From NCBI GenBank assembly GCA_032718475.1, contig JAUCBJ010000432.1, positions 1-40,509 on the forward strand: a stretch of 40,509 nt of DNA, in the 5' to 3' direction. The position numbers and the translations under genes were made by a program. This document shows, piece after piece, positions 22,746 to 35,235 of this stretch (position 1 is its first letter; every line of letters starts with the position of its first letter). Source of the DNA: Nemertoderma westbladi. Its lineage: Eukaryota; Animalia; Xenacoelomorpha. The notes under the pieces were generated by a model, which was not told the DNA's origin, made no database searches, and worked only from the letters and a program-made list of their open reading frames with translations.

Positions 22746-23976
22746 TGTTCGCGCTTTTGAAGACCTTTAGCAGTTTAACCTGCCAAAATTTATATGTCTT
22801 TTAGTTAATTAAAACACCTTTAGCATACGCCAATAAGTTATGCTAATAAACAAAAACATTAGCCGAAGCCAGCCCATGCGCGATCATTCACCCGATGGAT
22901 CTACACCCGGGAGGCTGAATTCGGATGCTTAGATTTTATTATTGCAGTGTAAGGTTGCAGTGTAAACCTATTGTATTATTCGATAGATCACTAATAATTA
23001 ATTTCTGACAGATATTATTAACTTTCGGGAAATATTAACAGTTCCTTTAGGACGTGGCGCTCTATCTATTTAAACAGAGCTAGGACTTATACTAAACACA
23101 ACGATAAGGCTTATGATTAAAGTATAAGTCGCATTCTTTAGGAAATGCTTTGTTACCAGTCACATCACACTCACAATCATGCACACTATTCTGCCGACCG
23201 TCAGTATATTTGATCACACATAAAGAGAACAGCAATTGACTCAGGTAGTGTCTACTAAATAACATTAGATTCAATACACACCACATTGATATAAATCGCA
23301 ATTGTTATATATAGCCCGCCTCTCTAACCTGTAGTGTATCAAGAAAATTGGGAATTTTGGGTGATTTATCCGTATTCTCCAAAGAGCAATATTTCCATCA
23401 ACAAATAGATACAATTAATAACTGACGGTAAATAGCAGTACAAACAATATGATTAGTGCAGTTAAATTAAGTGAGGTAACACCGCCGGTAACAGTTATAC
23501 TTTCTATAATCTAAGCAGTTTTACTAGAGTTCTTAGAGCCGGTGTTTCTGGCTTAGACAGCAATAACAACAAAGTATCAAGTAAAAACAGTAAGACTGAA
23601 CACTCTCCTTATGATCGGCTGAAAAGCTACACGTCGACAGGAAAAATCGCTCTGATTGGCTCAAGCCAAACAAAGAACCATGCGTCCAATGGCTGTTTCC
23701 ATGTCAGCAACCAGCTGTTAGATGTCGTAATATGAATCATCACGGCTAAGCTGTGAAAGGCAGTTGGTGCATTACAGGTTTTTTGCCTTACCATGTCCGC
23801 CAAAACACGTATATAGCAGAATGACTTTTATGTCCGTTAAAACACCTGTAACGGTACCTTGCGGGCGAGGGGAATATATATACAGTTAGAGAACCTTTTT
23901 AGAGTATTCCAGCGCCTGGGGGGAAACTGGATTGCGAAGCAAAAGGGGCCAGTTATATCCCACAGAAGCTTTTACA
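22746..23976 (-). repeat. LTR (right copy, 5' LTR)
   Basis: Apparently identical to 10408-11638 (offset 12338) and followed by TSD ATACG. Confidence 0.93.
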
Positions 23977-24430
23977 ATACGAGACGAGGAGAAGAAGAAG
24001 AAGAGCGACGTACCATGCGGAATCGTACCCACTACTTCCAAAGAGATGTGAATACCATGCCACCGATTTACCCTTATTCTAAGGTGGGAGTTCGGCATAC
24101 TGTATATTTATTACACAAGAGGATAGAGGGGGTAAAGGTGATGGGGGGGGGGGGGTGGTGTTAAGTATAGAGTGTGAATTGTAGAGGGTGGGGGGGTATG
24201 AAGATTAGTTTAAGTAACAGTATGAAAATCGCGAGAAATAGATGGGTAAGTATTAATAATTCAGCTGATATTTTTCCTGATTAATACTCAATATATAGTG
24301 GTAGTAAAATATACATGGTGAAGTAATTATAGTAAAGTAAAGTTTACTTAAACTATTAGGCCAGGGAATACTTACAAAGTCTGACAATTTTTACGATTGC
24401 TCACAAATTATTTTATGATTACTCACAAAT

Positions 24431-26157
24431 CTTCCACCAGTACCTACCTCTATCAGTTGGTGACGACTAACAGACTCCATGGCTTCCACCAGTACCTACC
24501 TCTATCAGTTGGTGACGTCTAACAGACTCCATGGCTTCCACCAGTACCTACCTACCTCTATCAGTTGGTGACGACTAACAGACTCCATGGCTCCCACCAG
24601 TACCTACCTACCTCTATCAGTTGGTGACGACTAACAGACTCCATGGCTTCCACCAGTACCTACCTACCTCTATCAGTTGGTGACGACTAACAGACTCCTT
24701 GGCTTCCACCAGTACCTACCTCTATCAGTTGGTGACGACTAACTGACTCCATGGCTTCCACCAGTACCTAACTCTATCAGTTGGTGACGACTAACAGACT
24801 CCTTGGCTTCCACCAGTACCTACCTCTATCAGTTGGTGACGACTAACTGACTCCATGGCTCCCACCAGTACCTACCTCTATCAGTTGGTGACGACAAACA
24901 GACTCCATGGCTTCCACCAGTACCTACCTCTATCAGTTGGTGACGACAAACAGACTCCATGGCTCCCACCAGTACCTACCTACCTCTATCAGTTGGTGAC
25001 GACTAACAGACTCCATGGCTTCCACCAGTACATACCTCTATCAGTTGGTGACGTCTAACAGACTCCATGGCTTCCACCAGTACCTACCTACCTCTATCAG
25101 TTGGTGACGACTAACAGACTCCATGGCTCCCACCAGTACCTACCTACCTCTATCAGTTGGTGACGTCTAACAGACTCCATGGCTTCCACCAGTACCTACC
25201 TACCTCTATCAGTTGGTGACGACTAACAGACTCCTTGGCTTCCACCAGTACCTACCTCTATCAGTTGGTGACGACTAACTGACTCCATGGCTTCCACCAG
25301 TACCTAACTCTATCAGTTGGTGACGACTAACAGACTCCTTGGCTTCCACCAGTACCTACCTCTATCAGTTGGTGACGACTAACTGACTCCATGGCTCCCA
25401 CCAGTACCTACCTCTATCAGTTGGTGACGACAAACAGACTCCATGGCTTCCACCAGTACCTACCTACCTCTATCAGTTGGTGACGACTAACAGACTCCTT
25501 GGCTTCCACCAGTACCTACCTCTATCAGTTGGTGACGACTAACTGACTCCATGGCTTCCACCAGTACCTAACTCTATCAGTTGGTGACGACTAACAGACT
25601 CCTTGGCTTCCACCAGTACCTACCTCTATCAGTTGGTGACGACTAACTGACTCCATGGCTCCCACCAGTACCTACCTCTATCAGTTGGTGACGACAAACA
25701 GACTCCATGGCTTCCACCAGTACCTACCTACCTCTATCAGTTGGTGACGACTAACAGACTCCATGGCTTCCACCAGTACCTATCTCTATCAGTTGGTGAC
25801 GACAAACAGACTCCATGGCTCCCACCAGTACCTACCTACCTCTATCAGTTGGTGACGACAAACAGACTCCATGGCTCCCACCAGTACCTACCTACCTCTA
25901 TCAGTTGGTGACGACAAACAGACTCCATGGCTCCCACCAGTACCTACCTACCTCTATCAGTTGGTGACGACTAACAGACTCCATGGCTTCCACCAGTACC
26001 TACCTCTATCAGTTGGTGACGACAAACAGACTCCATGGCTTCCACCAGTACCTACCTACCTCTATCAGTTGGTGACGACTAACATACTCAATGGCTTCCA
26101 CCAGTACCTACCTCTATCAGTTGGTGACGAGAAACAGACTCCATGGCTTCCACCAGT
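24431..26157. repeat. 52/56-bp tandem array, copy 2 (about 32 units, with its natural diverged end)
   Basis: Same unit as 12099-13751, extending about 1.4 units further. Confidence 0.97.
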
Positions 26158-26331
26158 CAAAACAGTCGTCACCTTCAAAACTATTCCCCTAGCGAATCAG
26201 GTAAAAGGAAATAATACCTACCTTGTATGACCGCAATTCACGTCCTATTTTCTCCCATCTCTGTAAATACCAAAATCTAATAAATATTGTTAGTTCTGAG
26301 GATAGTTAAGGTTAACTTTGTAAGATTCAAT

Positions 26332-26513
26332 GGGGCGTAAACGCTACGCCGACCACCGGCAGCCGACAACAGCAAATATGAAAATGTAACCTCGTTTATT
26401 GCTTTGGTTAGAATATAACCTGTAGCTTTCCCTCAATTGACAATTAACATTAATTAGCTTTAATAATAGTTGTCGGCGTTGGTTGACGGTTGTCGGCGTA
26501 GCATTTACACCCG
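26332..26513. mobile_element. MITE of about 180 bp
   Basis: Imperfect TIRs GGGGCGTAAACGCTACGCCGAC / GTCGGCGTAGCATTTACACCCG, with TTCAAT present on both flanks. Confidence 0.6.
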
Positions 26514-27583
26514 TTTCAATGAAATTATCTTACAATATATATTTGACTTATACAAGACATATAAAACGAATGTGGAAAAATTTCTCCCAACCTGGTTTCA
26601 GCTCAACCCAATAATGCAAATGCAATAAAATGTTTAAGTTCAAGTGTGCATTTACTTCAAACATCATGTATCACACAGAGTTTATGTCAACCAATCCTTG
26701 TTGCGGTCAGTCATTCATCGGAGTGGGGATAAAATATGACTGACCCATTTGGATTAACGGCATAGGCCGCCCCAATACAAAAAGTAAATTATGTTCTTTA
26801 TCTCTGCTATATATCATTAAGTAGGACGAAATAAAGACATGCAGTCATCAACCAGATAGGATTGTCGTGGGGGGGGGGGGGGGGGGGGGGCTCTCCTCAA
26901 TCTAAATTCATCCCTATCCAGGGGAAATCAACGCTGATTGGTAAACCACAATAATGTAACTGTAACCTGATCATTTGACAATGAATCGAGATATTACGAA
27001 CTGAGATGGGATTTGCATGAAGCCCGTCTCTCTTTGAGGTTGTATTAGTAATTGTATTATCTAAATGACATTAATTATAATGAGTTAATTTTCCCCCTTG
27101 GGGTATATTATGGTATTGAACGTAATATTCAACATAAATATAAAAAAAACAAAAACATATTTACATAAATAACCTAAATTCATTATACAGATATATATGA
27201 GATATAAGATCACAACACTTTGTAATTAGTGTATAATATATATAATATATACTAATGTACGATATTACAAAATCAATTGAAATCCTACAGTAAGGAATTT
27301 TTGCAATAATTTTGGAATTTTATAGTAAAGAAGTACCAGTCCGTCAGTATGTAGGAGGGAAATTTGAATTTATTTCAATGATGGCATTGCTCTGAAGTAG
27401 ATACCATTACCAGATTACTGCATTATGCATTATGTCAGTACCGATTACAGCTGTGTAGTTGATTGACACATACGGTAATAAAAGCAAATATAATAGGCCT
27501 AATAATATCAATCAGTCAATGTATGTACGAAGTAGTAAAACTGTGTTAGTCTATGTATTTTAAAGTAAGTTCATTGGTCCGGT

Positions 27584-29414
27584 TCACCCCTGACCAGCAC
27601 CTTCATCCTGACCACCAACACCGACGGCTACACCACCTTGAGCGCCACCGTGAGCACCACCAGGGGCGGCAGGGGGAACACCCTGAGCTCCAGCAGGTGC
27701 GGCAGGGGGTACACCCTGAGCTCCACCAGGTGCGGCAAGGGGAACACCAAACCCCCTCACTAGCGGAGCACGGACAACCGGGGCTATAACTGCCAACTGA
27801 AGATGCCGACGTTCAATTGGGACATTGTTAATGGGTGTCACCGATGAGTAATGCAGAGTGGGCAACGATGGAAGTTCGCTTCCGGCGCTCTGCCCGGGCT
27901 TCACCCAACCCACGACATACCAGCCGCCAGCGTTATTAATTTCTTGAACGGAGTTCGTCACAAACTCGTCCAATTGATCGACTTCGGCGACTGGTAGCGC
28001 CACCAGAGTCGACGACAAACTCTCCGGCATAATGAACAGGCTGGTGAAAGCTCGAGAACGGAGTGGAGCAACTTCAAAATCCTCAAACATCGGGGATGTC
28101 AACTCCAGTTCCAGCACCCAAATACTGCTGGATGTACTGCTCATACAGCAGCAGTTTGCTGCAGAACGCGAGTCGCACAGCGGCCCCGGACACACCGCAC
28201 TCGAAAATCCGAACGTCACCACCTCCAGAGTGGTGTTCACCGCGAAGGTGCTCATAGAGCAATCGATAAAGTTGGTCCCCAACGGGAACACCCGACGGTC
28301 AGCGGCACACGCCAACATAGGAACGACCACGTCCATGGTCGAAACGACAGCGAAGGTGCTGTCCCCCTCGAACCGCGGGTTAATGATGGCGACGTAGGCC
28401 CCTATAGTGACGTCCCGCAAGAACGCCAACGTCGTCCCGACCTCGGCAGCGGTACGCAGCACTAGCGCGAACAGTTTACCGGAAACGACGCACCTGTAAG
28501 TTAAATAATATTCATTAATACCATTAATTTTAATACTATTAATAAATTATAACTATAAATAATATTTGTATTATAATCCATTTCATTCATAATCCAACTC
28601 TATTGTGAATGTTGTTTTACTATCGCTTTTCAGTTTTCACATCAGAGTTCTTTATTACTGAAGCGAACGAACACAGGAACATTCATCAATTACTTAGCAA
28701 CAGGTATGTGGGTAGTTTTATTACAAACTTTTAACAACAAATTAATAACTAGATAACGTTGTACTCTAGATTTTATAATGTGTTACATAACAACGTGCTG
28801 CTATACTGAAGACGTAAACGAAAATATCACAATTAGTAGTAAAATAGTCGAGTGTCTGTAACCACGGTATCAAAATACTATGAAAATTGTTTGAAACTAG
28901 GGAATTTTATGAATCACCGAATGTTTTCATAAAGTATATCGGTACTTTATAAACGCCCTTATAATCGCGAATTAACTACTGGAAGTTTTCAATAAATTTC
29001 CTTAAATAAAAAGTGTGTACGTTTGTCTTTAACTATAAACTTAGCGAATATCAGCAGGGGGGGGGGGGGGGGGGGGTATTACGCAACCAAAATTAAATAT
29101 ATAATTGAAATTAATACAAGTAAGGATAAGGATAAGTATTAAGTTACACAAACTTACCTACAGAACACCAGCCGACTGTAAGTTAGTTCCTTCTTCCCCT
29201 TTTTAGCTCCTTTCCCATATGAAACTTGGAGGGTGGACTTTGCTGGTTTGGTGATGTGAAGCACCTGTGCGTGCAGTCGGGTGTTCCGTACTCGTACCCC
29301 TCTATCCTTTAACACCTGCAACGAAACACCTGAGTACTTGTCTCCTAAAAGAACAGTCAAGTGGTACTCGACATCTGTTCCCTCCCGGATGGCTAATGAA
29401 GACTGGGTTGTCAT
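27584..29414 (-). CDS. Two-coding-exon gene, 388-aa protein of unknown function (join 29414-29158, 28493-27584)
   Basis: Donor AG|GTAAGT at 29158 and acceptor TTACAG|G at 28493 join ORFs 29154-29414 and 27584-28462 in frame (YSRLVFCR|CVVSGKLF), 1167 nt in total. The exons are GC-rich. A likely upstream non-coding exon has its donor at 30028 and acceptor at 29449. Confidence 0.82.
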
Positions 29415-29573
29415 TACAGGTATCCTATGCAGCTATGGTATACGTTAATCTGCAACATAAACATTTATTACGCGAAATTAATTATAATTAATTCATTAAT
29501 ATAACATCTAAAGACTGCTTATGATTAAATAATTGATTTTATTCCATATCCACGTTGCTTCATTCTCTCATTC

Positions 29574-29872
29574 AAGTAAAGAAAAACAAGTAAAAAGTTC
29601 AATTTTATTCGGCCGCTAGGCCAGGGATTACGCACAAAGTCTGACGACTTAATTCCAGTGCGGTCCCCCCAGAACTATACTCCCCAGAGGAAACTACAAT
29701 ACTCATTTAGCTACCAGGCAAAGAAGCAAGGAAGACATGCGCCGTGACTGGTCCCTTTAATGCATTCGTGCCAAAACGAAAACTGCCCTGCCCCCATGTG
29801 GGGATCGAACCCACGACCTCTGCAGTGATGTGAATTTAATGCCATGGATTTAACCACCATGCCAAGTGGAAC
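29574..29872 (-). mobile_element. tRNA-derived SINE, near full length, in the putative first intron
   Basis: A box TGGCATGGTGG, B box GGTTCGATCC, body shared with 30570-30709 and 34981-35040, then AATAAA and a T-rich tail. Confidence 0.8.
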
Positions 29873-30569
29873 TTAATCATTGAAAAGCTCACATTATTAT
29901 TTACACACATCCAATTATAGTTCATGTGCGATAAATACAAAATGTAAATAAACAAAAAAAAATAGTTTACTGTTACCGCGGTTATGTCATTATTTAGAAT
30001 TACTAAGCATTTAATATTCAAACTTACCTTTAATATTGTCTTGCTTCAACTACTTTATTCTCCGGTAACACTCTGAATCTCTGAATATCTAGTTCTATAT
30101 AGTTTTAATAATAAAATGTAACATAACATGTAATGATACAATGTGTGTCAAAACTGAAACTCTTACAATCTAAGTTAATGATATATTTTGTAAACTAAAA
30201 TATCAAATAATATAAACTCAAATGATATACAGTCAGACAGTTTACCTACTTGTTTAATTTTATTAATAAATTGAAAGATTATTTTACGACTATGGATGTC
30301 CCGGAATTCCATTCCGGCCGGAATTCCGGCGGTTTTTGCCCGATTCCGGTTCCGGCCGGAATTGCCGGTATGGGGTCAATTCCGGCCGGAATTTTACCGG
30401 AATTACAAGGTTCATATCTAGTTTAATAGCTGCAATTAGTTTGTTAAATTATTATCAACATTTATATATTTTTTCACCATTATTACCAATTAGTTTAAGA
30501 TACTTTTCAACACTTGTAAAAAAGTATAGAAATAAAGTTTTCTTCGACCGTTAGAGCTAACATTTGGAT

Positions 30570-30709
30570 GCAAGGCATAGATGCCCCCTGGTTAGCCCCT
30601 TCAAACCATTCGTGTCGAATCGAAAACTGCCTTGGCCCACATACAGGGATCGAACCCACGACCTCCAGATAGATTGGAAATCAATGCAACCACTACACCA
30701 AGGTGGAAC
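30570..30709 (-). mobile_element. tRNA-derived SINE, 5' part, nested in the hAT element
   Basis: A box TGGTGTAGTGG, B box GGTTCGATCC, then GGCAGTTTTCG as in the 29574-29872 copy. Confidence 0.75.
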
Positions 30710-30955
30710 CTAACTAACCTATGTAACGAGGGAAAATTCACAGCCACCCTGTTTATTACAGTGAATTCAGTCTTGATGGGTATGTAACACATTTCCAAAA
30801 AAATTTTACCTGGTAATCAAACTAAATGGTCCCACCATCTGTTACACCACTTAAGTAGTATTCATATACAATTCAATTCAAAATAACCCTTTTAAATTAC
30901 ATTAAATAATTAAACCCTTTGTCGTTCTGAAGATATTTTATGAAATGCATCATTA

Positions 30956-31279
30956 GGCCCATGCTCCACTGGTAAGTCGCTTAGTCAGAATGTCAAAATG
31001 AATGCCTCCTTGCTCCATTGGTAACATAATTCATAAGTCATTTGATAAAAAAAATAAGGTGCGACTCACATTTACTGCATATTTATTATACCCAAAGTAA
31101 CCAATCAGAGGCATCTTGCCGGATATAACACATGATTCATATGTCAAAAGATGGAACATGGGACATAATCACAGTCGTAACTTACGATTTACCATTGGAG
31201 ACGCTAACATTTAAACCAATGTGTTCCATAATTTATTCTGACTAAGACTACATAAAGACTTACCAGTGGAGCACGGGCC
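30956..31279. mobile_element. PIF/Harbinger-type MITE (324 bp) nested in the hAT element
   Basis: 23-bp TIR GGCCC(A/G)TGCTCCACTGGTAAGTC with 3-bp TSD TTA (30953-30955 and 31280-31282). Confidence 0.88.
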
Positions 31280-32559
31280 TTAGCGGGTGGTTTTTCCAAT
31301 TTGCTTATAAAATGGCGTTTTTTAGATTGATTTTACATTATTTTACATTGATCTTACAATATTTTACATTGAATTTATATTATTTTACTTTGCATTAATT
31401 ATTAAATAATATGATAATTACAGGAGGCTAAATAAATTGCTAACCTTGTAAAGTTAGCAATGAAACTCGATTAACGATTAACACAATTACAATTACTACT
31501 TTAACCTAAAACTAATATAAATATAAAACGTTATTACAATACGTACAGGTCCTGCGAGTGGTCGTTAGTTCAGTTCTGCGTCGTAGGTGCTGCATAATAT
31601 AGTAGTTTAAATTCTATTTACAGCAAATCCATTTCTTACCATAAATATATTTATTCCCAGCAATAATTAAACTGTAACATGTACTATTGGCCTCGTTTAT
31701 TGTTTTGGTTCGAATAACATGTCACTGTAACATGCTCCTTTCCCTTAAAGACACCAGGATATTGCACCAAAGGACCTAATGACACGATAGGCCGTAACAA
31801 ACAACTGAAGTCATTCTCCACTCCACCCACCTTAATTCCCCCAAGGTTCTGAGTCATCTCATTAACAAACTTACTGTAGAAATTAAAAAAATTCATTTGT
31901 TTCATAAAAAATTATAAAATTTCCTGGGTCATTTAGTGTATTTCACTAATTATAGAAAATTCCGGTTCCGGCCGGAATTCCGGCCGGAATATTCCGGCAT
32001 GTTGAATTCCGGTTCCGGTTCCGGCCGGAATCAAAATATCGATTCCGGGACATCCCTATTTACGACGACCGAGGTGTATTATTTAAGGAGTAATTATTTC
32101 GATAAACCTGTTGTACTATAAATATGTATTCCAAACAGGTAATGTAAAGTAAATTTTTCTGCACTCAAGAACCACCTATCTGCCTATTGCCAACAACAGC
32201 TTCGTGACTTTCTTGGGTCAACAGGGTAACAGGATTGATCAGATGATAACCGACATTTTAAAATATGTTTCTTGGAGAGCGTACTCAAAAATATAAACTC
32301 AACATCCAATCTTGGTTTTATGTAGTTGAGCTGCTCTCTACTAACAGTATTCCAGAACATTAAATCATTTAAAATTGAGTAAGACAGCATCAGAAATTGA
32401 AGAGTACAATAATTGGAATTGCTGTAACTATAGAAGTATTTGTAGTAAAATAATGTACCGTAATTCAAGTTATTTTGTAATGTAACACTATTTGTTACTA
32501 AATCTTTTAAAGGAATTAATAAATAAAAAAACTAAAAAGTAGCGCAAGCTAAGGTGCAC

Positions 32560-34268
32560 CTTATCTACTAAAAGCCTTTTATATTTCAAGTTATACATCT
32601 ATACTTAATGAAATGTCACTTTATATCTTTCTGGCTATAGGGCCTACTTAACAGAGTGTCGCACTATATGTTTAAGGATATAGGGCCTACTTTACAAAGT
32701 GTTGCACTATATGTTTCAGGATATAGGGCCTACTTAACAAAGTGTCACAATATATGTTTCAGGATATAGGGCCTACTTAACAAAGTGTCTCACTATGTTT
32801 CAGGATATAGGGCCTACTTAACAAAGTGTCGCACTATATGTTTCAGGATATAGGGCCTACTTAACAAAGTGTCGCACTATATGTTTCAGGATATAGGGCC
32901 TACTTAACAAAGTGTCGCACTATATGTTTCAGGATATAGGGCCTACTTAACAAAGTGTCTCACTATATGTTTCAGGATATAGGGCCTACTTAACAAAGTG
33001 TCTCACTATATGTTTCTGGCTATAGGGCCTACTTAACAAAGTGTCTCACTATATGTTTCTGGCTATAGGGCCTACTTAACAAAGTGTCGCACTATATGTT
33101 TCAGGATATAGGGCCTACTTAACGAAGTGTCACCTTATCTATTTCTAGTTATACAGTTATACTTAATAAAATGTCACCTTATATCTTTCCGGCTATAGGG
33201 CCTACTTAACAAAGTGTCGCACTATATGTTTCAAGATATAGGGCCTACTTAACAAAGTGTCGCACTATATGTTTCAAGATATAGGGCCTACTTAACAAAG
33301 TGTCGCACTATATGTTTCTGGCTATAGGGCCTACTTAACAAAGTGTCTCACTATATGTTTCAGGATATAGGGCCTACTTAACGGAGTGTCACCTTATCTA
33401 TTTCTAGTTATACAGTTATACTTAATAAAATGTCACCTTATATCTTTCCGGCTATAGGGCCTACTTAACAAAGTGTCGCACTATATGTTTCAGGATATAG
33501 GGCCTGCTTAACAAAGTGTCTCACTATATGTTTCAGGGTATAGGGCCTACTTAACAAAGTGTCTCACTATATGTTTCAGGATATAGGGCCTACTTAACTA
33601 AGTGTCGCACTATATGTTTCAGGATATAGGGCCTGCTTAACAATGTGTCTCACTATATGTTTCAGGATATAGGGCCTACTTAACAAAGTGTCTCACTATA
33701 TGTTTCTGGCTATAGGGCCTACTTAACGAAGTGTCACCTTATCTATTTCTAGTTATACAGTTATACTTAATAAAATGTCACCTTATATCTTTCTGGCTAT
33801 AGGGCCTACTTAACAAAGTGTCGCACTATATGTTTCAGGATATAGGGCCTACTTAACAAAGTGTCACAATTATATATTTCTGGCTATAGGGCCTACTTAA
33901 CAAAGTGTCGCACTATATGTTTCAGGATATAGGGCCTACTTAACAAAGTGTCGCACTATATGTTGCAGGCTATAGGGCCTACTGAACACAGTGTCACACT
34001 ATATGTTTCAGGATATTGGTCCTACTTAACAAAGTGTCACAATTATATATTTCTGGCTATAGGGCCTACTTAACAAAGTGTCGCACTGTATGTTTCAGGA
34101 TATAGGGCCTACTTAACAAAGTGTCGCACTATATGTTTCAGGATATTGGTCCTACTTAACAAAGTGTCACAATTATATATTTCTGGCTATAGGGCCTACT
34201 TAACAAAGTGTCGCACTGTATGTTTCAGGATATAGGGCCTACTTAACAAAGTGTCGCACTATATGTTT
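32560..34268. repeat. 43-bp tandem array (about 39 units) with interspersed diverged units
   Basis: Unit GGATATAGGGCCTACTTAACAAAGTGTCGCACTATATGTTTCA. Confidence 0.95.
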
Positions 34269-34270
34269 AT

Positions 34271-34768
34271 CGGAAACTTAAGGTCCGATTATTTAGAGCA
34301 GCAGTAGTTCCAGTACTCCTCTACGGGAGTCCATGCTGGGCTCTAACTGCTGAGGACACCAAATCTCTGGATGGCACATTCATAAGAATGCTACGCCGGG
34401 TTCATTGTGTCAAGTACAATGCACACATCTCCAACCAGACACTATATAACATTGGAGGTGTCTCATTGGTTCCCCCAAGCTTGACACTAGAACAAAATCT
34501 CCTCCGCTTTGCAGGACATTGCTTTCGCCGTGAGGACCAGCCAGTGCATAATCTTGTACTTTGGCAGCCTCATGGAATGAATAAGCATGGAGGACAGCCC
34601 ATGACTTTCTTGAGACGCATCTTAAAGGACACTGGCCTTAAAGATGCGGATGATCTAGCAAATGTCATGGGTGATAGGGAGTTGTGGCGGTGCAATTTTG
34701 TTGACAAGCCGGCACAGCATTCTTGAAAATGCAACTGCAATGCAGCATGCCGATCCTAGTAGTAGTAT
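34271..34768 (+). mobile_element. 5'-truncated RTE-clade LINE (ORF C-terminus and tail)
   Basis: Open frame RKLKVRLFRAAVVPVLLYGSPCWAL...LDG...RMLRR...ISNQTLY...LRFAGHCFR...LVLWQP...DRELWR to the stop at 34726, followed by a short (TAG)n tail at about 34757. Confidence 0.88.
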
Positions 34769-34980
34769 TTCTAAGTAGATTAACATAGACTGTATACAAT
34801 CATCACAGTCTAAGAGTGTTTCACTGACATTCCCGTAATAATTTATAGTTCTCAATTTGAAAGATAATCTTTAATTAAGGCTCTTATTGTACTGTACCAA
34901 TCCAACCCCAAAATGATGTAGAGTATTTCTTCCCAATAAATGGTTTAGGTTTACCAAATCTGTATTAAATAGGGTAGTAG

Positions 34981-35040
34981 CCAGTGCGGTCCCCCCAGAA
35001 CTATACTCCCCAGAGGAAACTCCAGTACTCATTTAGCTAC
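34981..35040 (-). mobile_element. SINE body fragment
   Basis: Near-identical to 29655-29714 (CCAGTGCGGTCCCCCCAGAACTATACTCCCCAGAGGAAACT...). Confidence 0.8.
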
Positions 35041-35235
35041 GTTTAAGGATGCAAGGTAGATATTTTCAAATTCAATTCAAATATTTTTAAATATTTGGAA
35101 TCCAACAAACGGATCAACTTTCCATCATCCCCAAACAAAAGAAGAATAACTGCGGTGGAACTGATGCTGGAACTGGAACCTCTGGGGGCAGTTTTTTTAA
35201 TGCTTGTTGCTAAAAAATGAGAGCAAAAATAAACA

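Larger units (their letters stand above)
10408..23976 (-). mobile_element. BEL/Pao LTR retrotransposon, non-autonomous and rearranged
   Basis: Two 1231-bp LTRs (minus strand TGTAAAAG...GCGAACA), outer 5-bp TSD ATACG (10403-10407 and 23977-23981), and an internal BEL-type gag-protease ORF. Confidence 0.92.
30291..32058. mobile_element. Non-autonomous hAT-type DNA transposon (1768 bp including nested inserts)
   Basis: 17-bp TIR TA(T/G)GGATGTCCCGGAAT, 8-bp TSD TTTACGAC (30283-30290 and 32059-32066), and subterminal TTCCGGCCGGAA repeats. Confidence 0.92.

Noticed and set aside
29780-30709. Two additional tRNA genes
   Set aside because: A and B boxes are present but there is no proper cloverleaf, and both share a downstream body, so they are SINE heads.
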